A stretch of 64,000 bases of DNA from Gemmatimonadaceae bacterium. GTDB taxonomy: Bacteria; Gemmatimonadota; Gemmatimonadetes; Gemmatimonadales; Gemmatimonadaceae. Below are positions 55,815-64,000 of this stretch, piece after piece. The number at the start of each line of letters is the position of its first letter. Within the stretch, counting starts at the first letter, position 1. The stretch covers positions 512,001 through 576,000 of the forward strand of contig JBHYGA010000005.1 of the NCBI GenBank assembly GCA_051859245.1, given 5' to 3'. Below the pieces are notes generated by a model. The model made no database searches. It was not told the DNA's origin and was given only the letters and a program-made list of their open reading frames with translations. The position numbers and the translations under genes are program-made.

Positions 55815-57110
55815 ATGACGCAACCTGCCACTCCCGCGCGTGCCTGGTACATCATTGCAGTGCTCACGCTGGCCAACGTGAGCGGCTTTGTGGATCGACA
55901 GATCTTGTCGCTGCTGGTGGAGCCGATCAAACGCGACCTGGGGGTGTCGGACACGCAGGTATCGTTGCTCATGGGGCTGAGCTTCGCGGTGTTTTATTCC
56001 GCGTTGGGCATTCCGATTGGTCGACTGGCAGATCGCGGAAGTCGACGCGCGATTGTGGCGGTTGGTGCAGCGCTGTGGAGTGTGATGACGGCGCTCAGCG
56101 GCCTCGCGCGCACGTTCACGCAACTGTTTGTGCTCAGAATCGGCGTGGGTGTTGGTGAGGCCACGCTCGGGCCCTCGGCGATTTCCATGATCGCCGATGC
56201 CTTCCCGCGTGAACGACGCGGCACGGCCATGAGCGTCTACATGCTCGGCACCTTTCTCGGGTCGGGCATTGCCTACGCATTGGGCGCCTATGTGGTCGGA
56301 CTCACCGCTGCGCAGGGAAGTTTGAGTTGGCCGATTGTCGGCGAGATTCGTCCCTGGCAGAGCGTGTTTTTCGTGGTGGGGCTTCCCGGGTTGGTGATTG
56401 CATTGCTGGCCATGACCATGCACGAACCAGCGCGTTCAAACACGGCGCCGGTGTTGCCGTTGCGAGAGGTCGTGCGGTATTTCCGCCAACATGCAAAAAC
56501 CATGGGGCTGCTGTCGTTCGGTTTTGCGTGTTCGGCCGCGGTGAACTACGGCATCGCCGCCTGGCTGGCCACGTTCTTTGTGCGCACGCACGGGTGGACG
56601 GCCACTGAGGCCGGCACGTTGCAAGGTGTGCTCACCATGACCGTTGGTGTGGCCGGTACACTCGTGGGTGGACGGCTCACGGACCGCTGGACGCGCGCTG
56701 GTCAGACTGATGCGCCGCTGCGTGTGGGTATCTACGCTGCGACTGGACTGCTGCTCACAGCGGGACTGTATCCACTCGTCCCATCGGCGACGGTCGCGGC
56801 CGCGTTGCTCGTGCCGGTGAATCTGTTTGCGGCCATGCCGTGGGGTGCCGCCAGTGCGGCCGTGGCCGAAGCGTTGCCGTCGAGGATGCGCGGACAGGGG
56901 TCGGCAGTGTACTTTCTCGTCGTCAACTTATTCGCTGGCGTGTTTGGACCGACGGCGGTAGCGTTGCTCACGGATCACGTGTTCGAAGATCCCGCGTCGC
57001 TGCGTTGGTCGCTCGCCGTGTGTACGGTTGTCGGAATGCTGCTTACAATCACGCTACTTGGATTCGGTCGCGCGGCGTATCGAACAACGGTGGCAATACG
57101 GGAGACCTGA
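55815..57110 (+). CDS. MFS transporter (spinster-like)
   Basis: DRQILSLLVEPIKRDLG.SD, GRLADRGSRR, R..VGVGEA. Confidence 0.93.
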   Translation: MTQPATPARAWYIIAVLTLANVSGFVDRQILSLLVEPIKRDLGVSDTQVSLLMGLSFAVFYSALGIPIGRLADRGSRRAIVAVGAALWSVMTALSGLARTFTQLFVLRIGVGVGEATLGPSAISMIADAFPRERRGTAMSVYMLGTFLGSGIAYALGAYVVGLTAAQGSLSWPIVGEIRPWQSVFFVVGLPGLVIALLAMTMHEPARSNTAPVLPLREVVRYFRQHAKTMGLLSFGFACSAAVNYGIAAWLATFFVRTHGWTATEAGTLQGVLTMTVGVAGTLVGGRLTDRWTRAGQTDAPLRVGIYAATGLLLTAGLYPLVPSATVAAALLVPVNLFAAMPWGAASAAVAEALPSRMRGQGSAVYFLVVNLFAGVFGPTAVALLTDHVFEDPASLRWSLAVCTVVGMLLTITLLGFGRAAYRTTVAIRET

Positions 57111-57733
57111 TGCGTCGAATGCTTTTCGCAGGGGTTGGTGTGCTGGCGGGTGCTGTCATGCTTTCAACGTCTGCGTCGGCGCAGTCCATGCCGCGCACGC
57201 CGCGTGCTGAAGCTGGGGTGTCTATGATCATGTCACCATCTGCCAGCTCGCGAATTCCAGAGTTGATGGTTGGTCCGATGTTGAACGTCACCGTGGCGCA
57301 AGCCGGTGGTGGTATCGTTGGTGTTGAAGGTGCCATGCGATTCCGCGCTGATGGAACGCAGTTGCAAGTATGTCCGCAGCCACCGGGTGTGATTTGTGAT
57401 GCGCGCAATGTGAAGACGCTCACGACTGCTGGTCTCACATTCCGTCGCGGCTTTGGCGCACAGCCCATGCGCGAGGGTGCGATTTTCCGCGCTGGTATTG
57501 GCGCTGCGTTCACGTCGCTGAAAGGCACGGCCACGATTTATCCGAATGCCGACGGCACACGTCCGGCACTCGAAGACGTGCAGAAGAATTCCGGTGTCGC
57601 CGATCTCGGCCTGGGCTGGATTCAGCGCGTTGGCAACGTGCCGGTGCGTCTCGAAGGTCGCGTGGCCGGATTTGCGCCGGAACTGGCCAACACGCGCTAC
57701 GTGTACGGATTCCAGATCGGCCTCGGCTACTAA
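57110..57733 (+). CDS. Hypothetical exported protein, probable small outer-membrane beta-barrel
   Basis: Signal peptide ending ASAQ, C-terminal YGFQIGLGY. Confidence 0.65.
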   Translation: MRRMLFAGVGVLAGAVMLSTSASAQSMPRTPRAEAGVSMIMSPSASSRIPELMVGPMLNVTVAQAGGGIVGVEGAMRFRADGTQLQVCPQPPGVICDARNVKTLTTAGLTFRRGFGAQPMREGAIFRAGIGAAFTSLKGTATIYPNADGTRPALEDVQKNSGVADLGLGWIQRVGNVPVRLEGRVAGFAPELANTRYVYGFQIGLGY

Positions 57734-57754
57734 CCCCGATTGCTTTGCAGCACA

Positions 57755-57792
57755 GCGGCGGACGCGAACTGATTCGCGTCCGCCGTTTTGTT
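57755..57792 (+). terminator. Intrinsic terminator
   Basis: 13-bp stem CGGCGGACGCGAA-CTGA-TTCGCGTCCGCCG followed by TTTTGTT. Confidence 0.85.
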
Positions 57793-59065
57793 ATCGCGCG
57801 CGATCGCCTTCCACAAAATCCGGTCGCGAGAGACCCGTGACCACATTGCCAGCAAGCAAACCGGCGGCCAACGAGATGCCGATAATCGCAACGTTGAACG
57901 CGGTATCGATTCCTGCTACGGTTTCGTTGCCGAGCAACGAGGTGACGGAGCGAAAGCCAATGCTCCCCGGCACGAGAATCAGCAGTCCCGGTACTTGTGT
58001 GACCATGGCGGACGCACGCCGAAAACGTTCGAGCAAGTTGCTGCCCGCACCCACCACGAGCGCGCCGAGGAATGCGCCAAGCTCTTCGCCCATCGCGCGT
58101 CCCGCGTAACGCGACGTGACAAACGCGGTGACACCAGCGAGCACAATCCATCCCACGTCTTTGCGATCGGCGCGCAGCAGCACGGCAAAACACAGCGGCG
58201 CGAGCACAGCGGCGACGGCCTCTGTCCACCACGCAACGCGAGGCGCTTGAATCATCCACGCGGGGTCGCCGTTCAGCACGAGATTGGCGAACAGCGTGCC
58301 CGCTTTCGCGCCCAGCGCAACGCCAAAACCCAGTCCAAGAAACGTGACGAGTGCACCGGACAACCGCGCCGTACCGGACGCGAGATGTCGCGTGCTGAGT
58401 TCGGTGAGTCCGATGGTGAACGTGAGTCCTGGCAGCAGTACGATCAGACCCGCGAGCGACGTTTGATAGGCATTGCCGCTGGTTGTGAGACCGGCGACAA
58501 AAAACGCGAGCGTTGACACAATGCCGGCCGTCATGGGTTCGAGCACCGGCGCGAGTGATTTGTTGCTGGTCGCGGCGAGTGCACACAAGCCGGCCACGAG
58601 TCCGAGCACTCCCGCGATCGCGGCTTCGAACACCGTGACTCCGAAAAAACAGGAGATCGCGGTCGACGCGACAACAAACGCGGCCAGTGTTTGCCACTTG
58701 CTCCACCGCGGCGGTTCCGCGAGCAAGGCCATGATGCGGGCCGAACCTTCTGACGCGGTGACTTTTCCGTCGATGACTTCGGACATGATGCCGTCGAGTC
58801 GCGACAGATGGCCGAGGTTGGGCTCACCGGGCTCCACGCGCATGAGGTGCGTGCGCTGCGCGTCCTGCGTGCCGAATCCGGCAAAGATGGAGGTTGGTGT
58901 GGTAAAGAACTGGGCTTCCACACCGAGCTTTGCGGCGACGGCGCCGAGCACCGCTTCGAGCCGGTGCGCGGGATAGCCGTGCGCGTGCAGCGCCCGCGCG
59001 AGATGCAGGATGAAATGCGACGAGAGGTGCTGCGCGGTATCAACCGGTGCGGGCGTGACAGGCAT
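57791..59065 (-). CDS. ThrE-family threonine/serine exporter
   Basis: L..LH.HG.PAHRLE, LLPGL.FT..L.EL....L.SG.ARL, VPG.I.LVPGS. Confidence 0.9.
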   Translation of the reverse strand: MPVTPAPVDTAQHLSSHFILHLARALHAHGYPAHRLEAVLGAVAAKLGVEAQFFTTPTSIFAGFGTQDAQRTHLMRVEPGEPNLGHLSRLDGIMSEVIDGKVTASEGSARIMALLAEPPRWSKWQTLAAFVVASTAISCFFGVTVFEAAIAGVLGLVAGLCALAATSNKSLAPVLEPMTAGIVSTLAFFVAGLTTSGNAYQTSLAGLIVLLPGLTFTIGLTELSTRHLASGTARLSGALVTFLGLGFGVALGAKAGTLFANLVLNGDPAWMIQAPRVAWWTEAVAAVLAPLCFAVLLRADRKDVGWIVLAGVTAFVTSRYAGRAMGEELGAFLGALVVGAGSNLLERFRRASAMVTQVPGLLILVPGSIGFRSVTSLLGNETVAGIDTAFNVAIIGISLAAGLLAGNVVTGLSRPDFVEGDRAR

Positions 59066-59107
59066 AGAGCGAGGAGTCTACTCAAAAGTCGCGCTGGCTG
59101 GCGCGGG

Positions 59108-59128
59108 TATAGGGGGACGGGGTATACT
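59108..59128 (+). promoter_or_regulatory. Putative CsoR operator overlapping a -10 element
   Basis: TATA-GGGGGACGGGG-TATA G-tract box with TATACT at 59123-59128, upstream of csoR. Confidence 0.6.
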
Positions 59129-59173
59129 ACATGAGTTGCTCACTCGCCGCTGGATCTATTTGGGAGACGTCAG

Positions 59174-59533
59174 ATGAAAACAGAGATGGTGCAGGGGGCG
59201 GCGCACTGCGCGTGCGGCCCAGCGCTGGAAGACGCTGGCGACGGCAAGCATGCGACTGCGGTGGATCCAGAGATCAAAAAGCGGAATCTCTCGCGACTGC
59301 GGCGCATTGAGGGGCAGGTGCGCGGTCTGCAAAAGATGGTGGAAGAGGAACGCTGGTGCGCGGATGTGCTGACGCAGGTGTCGTCGGTGCAGGAAGCGTT
59401 GCGCGGTGTGTCCCGCGAGCTGATGCGCAATCATCTCAAGCACTGCGCGGCATCGGCGGCGCGGCAGGCCGATGGTGATGCGGACGCGGTGTACGATGAG
59501 CTGGTGGAGTTGATGTTCAAGTACGCACGGTGA
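59174..59533 (+). CDS. csoR: CsoR-family metal-sensing repressor
   Basis: RLRRIEGQVRGLQKMV...CADVLTQ, HLKHC (Cys/His/Cys ligands). Confidence 0.88.
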   Translation: MKTEMVQGAAHCACGPALEDAGDGKHATAVDPEIKKRNLSRLRRIEGQVRGLQKMVEEERWCADVLTQVSSVQEALRGVSRELMRNHLKHCAASAARQADGDADAVYDELVELMFKYAR

Positions 59534-59576
59534 GCGGGCGCTGCTCAGCAGACTTTCCCCTGCGTTGCCGTTCCCG

Positions 59577-59792
59577 ATTCGGTCATTCGGCCCTGTAGCA
59601 GGAGCCTATGGCCATTTGGCCTTTCGGCCTCCCCGTTTCGGAAGGCCGCACGGAACGTACGATTCCCGTGAGATCCTGGCGTTGCACAAGGCGCTCGTTG
59701 TTCTCCGTGGGTGCTCTGTGCCTGTGTACGAAAATGCGAGGCCGAAAGGCCAAATGGCCATAGGCTCCTGCTACAGGGCCGAATGACCGAAT
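59577..59792. repeat. 216-bp element with perfect 55-bp terminal inverted repeats (MITE/REP-like)
   Basis: 59577-59631 is the exact reverse complement of 59738-59792. Confidence 0.93.
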
Positions 59793-59881
59793 ACGAACTG
59801 CAACAGCAGCAGTGCGGCGATAGGTGACCGCGCGAAGTGAATTGGTGAGAGAGTTGCGGTGCGACGGGTGTAGGGTGTGCC

Positions 59882-61513
59882 ATGCTCGCATCTGCTGCCT
59901 CCGCCGCGATCGTTGGAATAGACGCTGTCGACATTACCATCGAAGTGCATGTGGCCAATGGATTGCCACAGTGGACACTCGTGGGATTGGCGGCGACCGC
60001 CGTCAAAGAGAGTCGTGATCGCGTGAGTGCGGCGCTGGCGAACTCCGGATTTACCGTGCCGCCGCGTCGCATCACGGTGTCGCTGTCACCTGGAGATCTG
60101 CCCAAAGCGGGCACGGCGTTTGATTTGCCGATTGCACTGGCCGTGCTCTCCGCGAGTGGCCAGCTCAACGCCGAATGTCTGCGCGGACTGCGCGTGGTAG
60201 GTGAGCTGGGACTCGATGGCAGTGTGCGTCCGGTGCGCGGCGCGCTCGCCATTGCACGACACGCCGCCCGCTGCAATGACATACTTGTGATGCCGTCGCA
60301 CAACGCCGCGGAAGTCGCGTGCGTGCGCAATGTGCGTGCGCTCATCGCCGAATCACTTCGCGAACTGGTTGACGTGCTGGGAGCGGGTGCGACGCACGAA
60401 CATGTGCGTTCGGCAGCCGAACTCGTGAACCTGGTGCAGGCGCGCAGTGTGTCGGTGCGCGCGCCGTCATCACCCGCTCGCGGGGAGACCGAGCAACCCG
60501 ACATGTGCGACGTGGTGGGCCAGGATCACGCGCTGCGCGCCATGGAAATTGCGGCCGCTGGCGCGCACAACGTGCTGTTGATCGGTCCTCCCGGTGCGGG
60601 CAAAACCATGTTGGCGCGCCGCCTGCCGGGTGTGCTGCCTCCCCTTGAGAACGACGAAGCGCTTGAGGTCCTGGCCGTGCACTCTGTTGCGGGACTGCTT
60701 GGCACGGGCGTCACTCACGCCGTGCGTCCGTTTCGCGCCCCTCATCATTCAGTGTCGGCGGCTGGCCTGGTTGGCGGGGGCAGCATGCCGCGGCCCGGTG
60801 AAGTGAGTCTGGCGCACCTTGGCGTGCTCTTTCTCGATGAACTTTCGCTGTTCCCTCGACACGTGCTGGAATGCCTGCGGCAACCGCTCGAAGATGGGCA
60901 CGTCACGCTCGCGCGCGCGGCCACGTCGCTCCGATTTCCCGCGCGCTTCATGCTGGTGGCCGCCACCAACCCGTGTCCGTGCGGTTACGCCGGTGACCCC
61001 GAACGGGTGTGCAGTTGCTCGCAGGCCGATCTGGATCGACATCGCATGCGCCTCTCCGGCCCGCTCGCCGATCGCATCGATCTGCACGTGCCAGTGCGAC
61101 GTGTGCCGCCGGCGTCACTCGATGCCATGCCACGCGGCGCGAGTTCCGCTACGCTCGCGGAGCGAATCGCCAACGCCCGCGATCGACAGCGACACCGATA
61201 CCTGCGTACGAGTGCGCCCACGTTGGTGGTGCGGCCGGATACGAACGCGAGTGTGAGCTCCCGGTTGTTGCTGGCCACGGCCGCGCTCAATCCGCCAGCG
61301 CGTGCATTGCTCGTGACTGCCGCAGATCGCCTGCATTTGAGTGCGCGCGGATATCACCGCGTGCTGCGCGTGGCGAGAACCATTGCCGACCTCGACGACC
61401 TGCCTGCGGTGCTGGCGGACCACGTGGCCGAAGCGCTGCGATATCGCGCGCTGGAATCAGACACCCACGGATCGGTTGTGTCAGGCACGGGACGTGACGA
61501 GGGCGCCGCATGA
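59882..61513 (+). CDS. comM: YifB/ComM-family Mg-chelatase-like ATPase
   Basis: VGL....VKESRDRV, PKAG..FDLPIA, GPPGAGKT, PFRAPHH, PGEVSLAH, NPCPCG, SGPLADRID. Confidence 0.92.
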   Translation: MLASAASAAIVGIDAVDITIEVHVANGLPQWTLVGLAATAVKESRDRVSAALANSGFTVPPRRITVSLSPGDLPKAGTAFDLPIALAVLSASGQLNAECLRGLRVVGELGLDGSVRPVRGALAIARHAARCNDILVMPSHNAAEVACVRNVRALIAESLRELVDVLGAGATHEHVRSAAELVNLVQARSVSVRAPSSPARGETEQPDMCDVVGQDHALRAMEIAAAGAHNVLLIGPPGAGKTMLARRLPGVLPPLENDEALEVLAVHSVAGLLGTGVTHAVRPFRAPHHSVSAAGLVGGGSMPRPGEVSLAHLGVLFLDELSLFPRHVLECLRQPLEDGHVTLARAATSLRFPARFMLVAATNPCPCGYAGDPERVCSCSQADLDRHRMRLSGPLADRIDLHVPVRRVPPASLDAMPRGASSATLAERIANARDRQRHRYLRTSAPTLVVRPDTNASVSSRLLLATAALNPPARALLVTAADRLHLSARGYHRVLRVARTIADLDDLPAVLADHVAEALRYRALESDTHGSVVSGTGRDEGAA

Positions 61514-61568
61514 CGGTCGATCAGGCACCGAACGGCTCCCGTGCCCGCGCACAACGCAAATGGCGGGC

Positions 61569-61619
61569 TTTACAAGGGTCTCTAAATGGAGTAAAATACG
61601 TAATAACTCCAGAAAGAGA
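61569..61619 (+). promoter_or_regulatory. Sigma70 promoter with overlapping palindromic operator for the TA operon
   Basis: TTTACA (61569)-17 nt-TAAAAT (61592). Inverted repeat TCTCTAAATGGAGT 61579-61592 / ACTCCAGAAAGAGA 61606-61619. Confidence 0.75.
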
Positions 61620-61626
61620 TCATCCT

Positions 61627-62028
61627 ATGACAGCACTTTCGCTCGAAAAGTCAGATGCACTCGTCGCGGCGGCGCCAGCGGCGCTCCGTACCTACTTCCG
61701 GATTGCCGATGCGTGGCAGCTCTCTGGGGCGGAGGCACGCACGCTGCTGGGTTCGCCGCCAGCGTCCACGTTCTTCAAGTGGAAGGCCGGACAGGTTGGA
61801 CAGGTGAGCCGCGATCTGCTGGAGCGCGTGTCGTACGTGCTTGGCATTTACAAGGCGCTGCAGGTGCTGCTGCCACAGAGTGCTGCGGCAGACGCGTGGG
61901 TGCGCCAGGCAAACAGCGCGGCCCCATTTCACGGACAGTCGGCACTTGATCGCATGCTGTCGGGCAACGTGGCCGATCTCTTTATTGTACGCCAATATCT
62001 CGACGCGCAGCGAGGCGGTTGGGGGTGA
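61627..62028 (+). CDS. Xre/MbcA/ParS-family antitoxin
   Basis: FRIADAWQLS..E...LLG, ERVSYVLGIYKALQVL, W.R..N...PF.G, VRQYLDAQRGG. Confidence 0.9.
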   Translation: MTALSLEKSDALVAAAPAALRTYFRIADAWQLSGAEARTLLGSPPASTFFKWKAGQVGQVSRDLLERVSYVLGIYKALQVLLPQSAAADAWVRQANSAAPFHGQSALDRMLSGNVADLFIVRQYLDAQRGGWG

Positions 62029-62735
62029 GTGCAAAAGGTCGCGCTGCACCAGACATCGACACGACGGCCGTGCGTTGGCTGCCGAGTGTTCGCATCATTC
62101 CCAGTCGATTCCCGCCCATCGGTCTGTTCGAGCGCGTTTCTGATCCTGCCGACCTCGACGCCGTTTTCGCGATCGAAGCACTCACCAATCCTCGTGTGCG
62201 CGCGGAGGTTGGAGCGCTGCACGCGCTGCCTGCGGAGGAGCGTGTGACCGGGGCGGGGGCTGGGTATATCATGGCGTCGTTCACGCACCTGTCGCCAAGC
62301 GGTGCGCGATTCTCCACGTCGCAGTTCGGCGCGTACTATGCAGCGCGCACTCTGGAAACCGCGATTGCGGAAACGGTGCATCATCGCGCGTTGTTTTTCG
62401 CCGCCACTCGGCAACCGCCCATGCATATCGATATGCGCGTACTGCACGCCAATGTGCGCGGGCGCTTGCTCGATCTTCGGGCGCAGCGCGACGAACACAC
62501 CGCGCTGTACGCCCCCGACAGCTACGCGGCGTCACAAGTGTTCGCCGAACAACAACGCGCGTTGGGACAGCTTGGTGTGGTGTACGCGAGTGTTCGTGAC
62601 GCGGGCGGTGAATGTGTGGCCGTGTGGCGTCCGCGTGTGCTGTCGCACTGCAAACAAGCGGCGCATCTCACGTACGTCTGGAACGGCGATCGTATCGCGG
62701 AGGTGTTTACGAAGTCGCGACTGCGCCGGCTATAG
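62025..62735 (+). CDS. RES-domain toxin (NAD+ phosphorylase family)
   Basis: RIIPSRFPPI.LFE, RFS...FG.YYAA...TAIAET.HH, Y..SQ, G.VY.SVR. Overlaps the antitoxin stop. Confidence 0.9.
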   Translation: MSAKGRAAPDIDTTAVRWLPSVRIIPSRFPPIGLFERVSDPADLDAVFAIEALTNPRVRAEVGALHALPAEERVTGAGAGYIMASFTHLSPSGARFSTSQFGAYYAARTLETAIAETVHHRALFFAATRQPPMHIDMRVLHANVRGRLLDLRAQRDEHTALYAPDSYAASQVFAEQQRALGQLGVVYASVRDAGGECVAVWRPRVLSHCKQAAHLTYVWNGDRIAEVFTKSRLRRL

Positions 62736-62763
62736 TCGCGCTTACATCGAGCTCAAATCGCGC

Positions 62764-63684
62764 TTAAATCGCGCGGTCCAACCGCTTGAGTCTGAATCCG
62801 CGTCGGCGCTGCGGTTCATCCGATACGCCGTGTGCCTCGTCGGCCTCATGCGCCGGTGCGCTCGGCGCGTCGGCGAAAATTGACTCCATCGGCTCGTCCG
62901 CGCTGCTTTCGTCGACGGCGGATGCGTCGACGGCGGATGCGTCGACGGCGGATGCGACGGTGGCGCTCGCGGGGGCATCGACAGCCTGATCAGCCCTCGC
63001 CTCCGCAGTCCCCTCCGCCGTCGCCTCCGTCGGTGCCGCCGCTGAGGGCACGTGCCGAGTCCACGGTCGGATCGGTTCTTCCGATTCCACCTGGCGTTTG
63101 CCCGACTGAGGTGCGCCAATTGGCATGCCGGCAATGCGCGCCTGCGACGTGGCGATGTCGGCTTCCAGTTGCGCTTCGCGCGCCAGCTCCCGCGATTCGA
63201 GTTGAATCACGGATTGTTCGAGGCGCGCCACAATTTCCGAGAGCGCATCGAGCACCACGCGCAGCGACAAGTCCTCAGGTGCCGAGGCCACGTCATAGTC
63301 GGCCCAGATGCGCGCGCCGCCGTGATCGGCGACCACGCAGCAGCGCAGACGAGCGTCAGAGCCGACGGTGAGAAAGCGCATGGCGCTCGGCGGTCCGACC
63401 ATGCGGTCATGCCGGATCACGTAGTGCACCGAGTTACCACCGGGACCGTTGCTGCCGGCACGCAGCACGGGTACGTCATGTGACATGGTGGATTGGAGCA
63501 GACGCGCGGCGTGGCGCACCAGCGTATTGACGTAGAGCGACGCTTTGCGATCGGTCACCTGTCCGAGCCGATGGGCCGTCCGGGTGCGTTGTCCCAGCGA
63601 AATGGCCATGGCCACCAACGCGCGGGCGTCGGCGATGGGGTCGCGCTCTGGAGCGGTGGTGCCGACAGCGGAGGTGGCGGACAT
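62764..63684 (-). CDS. Hypothetical protein with coiled coil and low-complexity acidic tail
   Basis: 306-aa ORF. The AVDAS repeats are encoded by a 15-bp tandem GTCGACGGCGGATGC near 62911-62955. Confidence 0.6.
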   Translation of the reverse strand: MSATSAVGTTAPERDPIADARALVAMAISLGQRTRTAHRLGQVTDRKASLYVNTLVRHAARLLQSTMSHDVPVLRAGSNGPGGNSVHYVIRHDRMVGPPSAMRFLTVGSDARLRCCVVADHGGARIWADYDVASAPEDLSLRVVLDALSEIVARLEQSVIQLESRELAREAQLEADIATSQARIAGMPIGAPQSGKRQVESEEPIRPWTRHVPSAAAPTEATAEGTAEARADQAVDAPASATVASAVDASAVDASAVDESSADEPMESIFADAPSAPAHEADEAHGVSDEPQRRRGFRLKRLDRAI

Positions 63685-63920
63685 CGGGCAATGAAAAGGC
63701 GGGCGCGTACGGGGAATCCGTTCTCCGTCGCTTCAGATCAGTGTCGGACGACGCGATCAGTGCTTGAGTGATTCGGCGCACACAGGCCAGCGCCGTAACG
63801 TTCGTGCCCGTGCTGTATGGGTCGATCGCACTTTCACGCAGTCCTGAGCGTGGGATAGCTTTCGGGGATGCAAATTCCCCAGCGTTTCACCGGGCCCGTG
63901 TCTCCCCGCACATCGATCCT

Positions 63921-64000
63921 ATGGGCTGTCTGACCCGGCTGGTCGGCACGGTCGTGTTGCTGCTGGGCGCGGTGGTCGCGTACTGGTGGTGGAGCGGCGG
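63921..64000 (+). CDS. Start of a membrane/exported protein, truncated by window edge
   Basis: MGCLTRLVGTVVLLLGAVVAYWWW, open to the end of the window. Confidence 0.45.
   Translation, partial: MGCLTRLVGTVVLLLGAVVAYWWWSG

Noticed and set aside
18602..58706. Many long antisense or alternate-frame ORFs (e.g. 18602-19576, 24450-25541, 35434-36810, 43455-44597, 50589-51719, 57510-58706)
   Set aside because: Shadow ORFs of well-supported genes in high-GC DNA, with Arg/His/Ala-rich translations and no motifs.
59882..61513. Additional photosynthetic Mg-chelatase subunit
   Set aside because: The Lon-like N-domain, PFRAPHH and NPCPCG identify YifB/ComM. True bchI and bchD are at 25-28 kb.
1..64000. 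tRNA/rRNA genes, transposases, integrases or prophage genes
   Set aside because: None recognised by eye. A tRNAscan/Infernal run would be needed to exclude small RNAs formally.

Overview
The window has three zones, and the gene content suggests a phototrophic Gemmatimonadota-like genome (inferred). (1) 1-18.4 kb is an accessory/defence island. It holds the tail of an SF2 helicase, a TerB-like/CbxX AAA ATPase, and a co-oriented minus-strand block: a PafBC-like double-WYL regulator, Ig-repeat lipoprotein, TY-Chap-like protein, RelA/SpoT-type HD hydrolase, vWA protein and a small ORF. Three genes of this block are preceded by a TGTCAG-N10-(T/C)A-N3-T motif matching the actinobacterial PafBC promoter element. 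The island also has integron cassettes with no integrase in view. A canonical 140-bp attC (12113-12252) closes an unusually large 5,904-bp five-gene cassette (SLATT/DUF4231, Dam-like MTase, calcineurin-like phosphoesterase, ORC/CDC6-like STAND ATPase, tandem CARF-like protein), whose ends are complementary over 13 bp. This is the best candidate for an undescribed mobile anti-phage system. (2) 18.4-28.9 kb is a photosynthesis gene cluster fragment (crtF-bchCXYZ, bchID, puhE-like) with PpsR boxes, and bchZ is not followed by puf genes. (3) 29-64 kb is core-like: a TolC-MFP-ATPase operon with six alternating ABC permeases, a large His kinase next to a pseudokinase-kinase, SSADH, a diguanylate cyclase, actP, VKOR, menG/ubiE, FKBP, PPTase, MFS, ThrE, CsoR, a 55-bp perfect inverted-repeat element, comM and an Xre-RES toxin-antitoxin pair. 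All family assignments come from motif recognition by eye. No database search was run.
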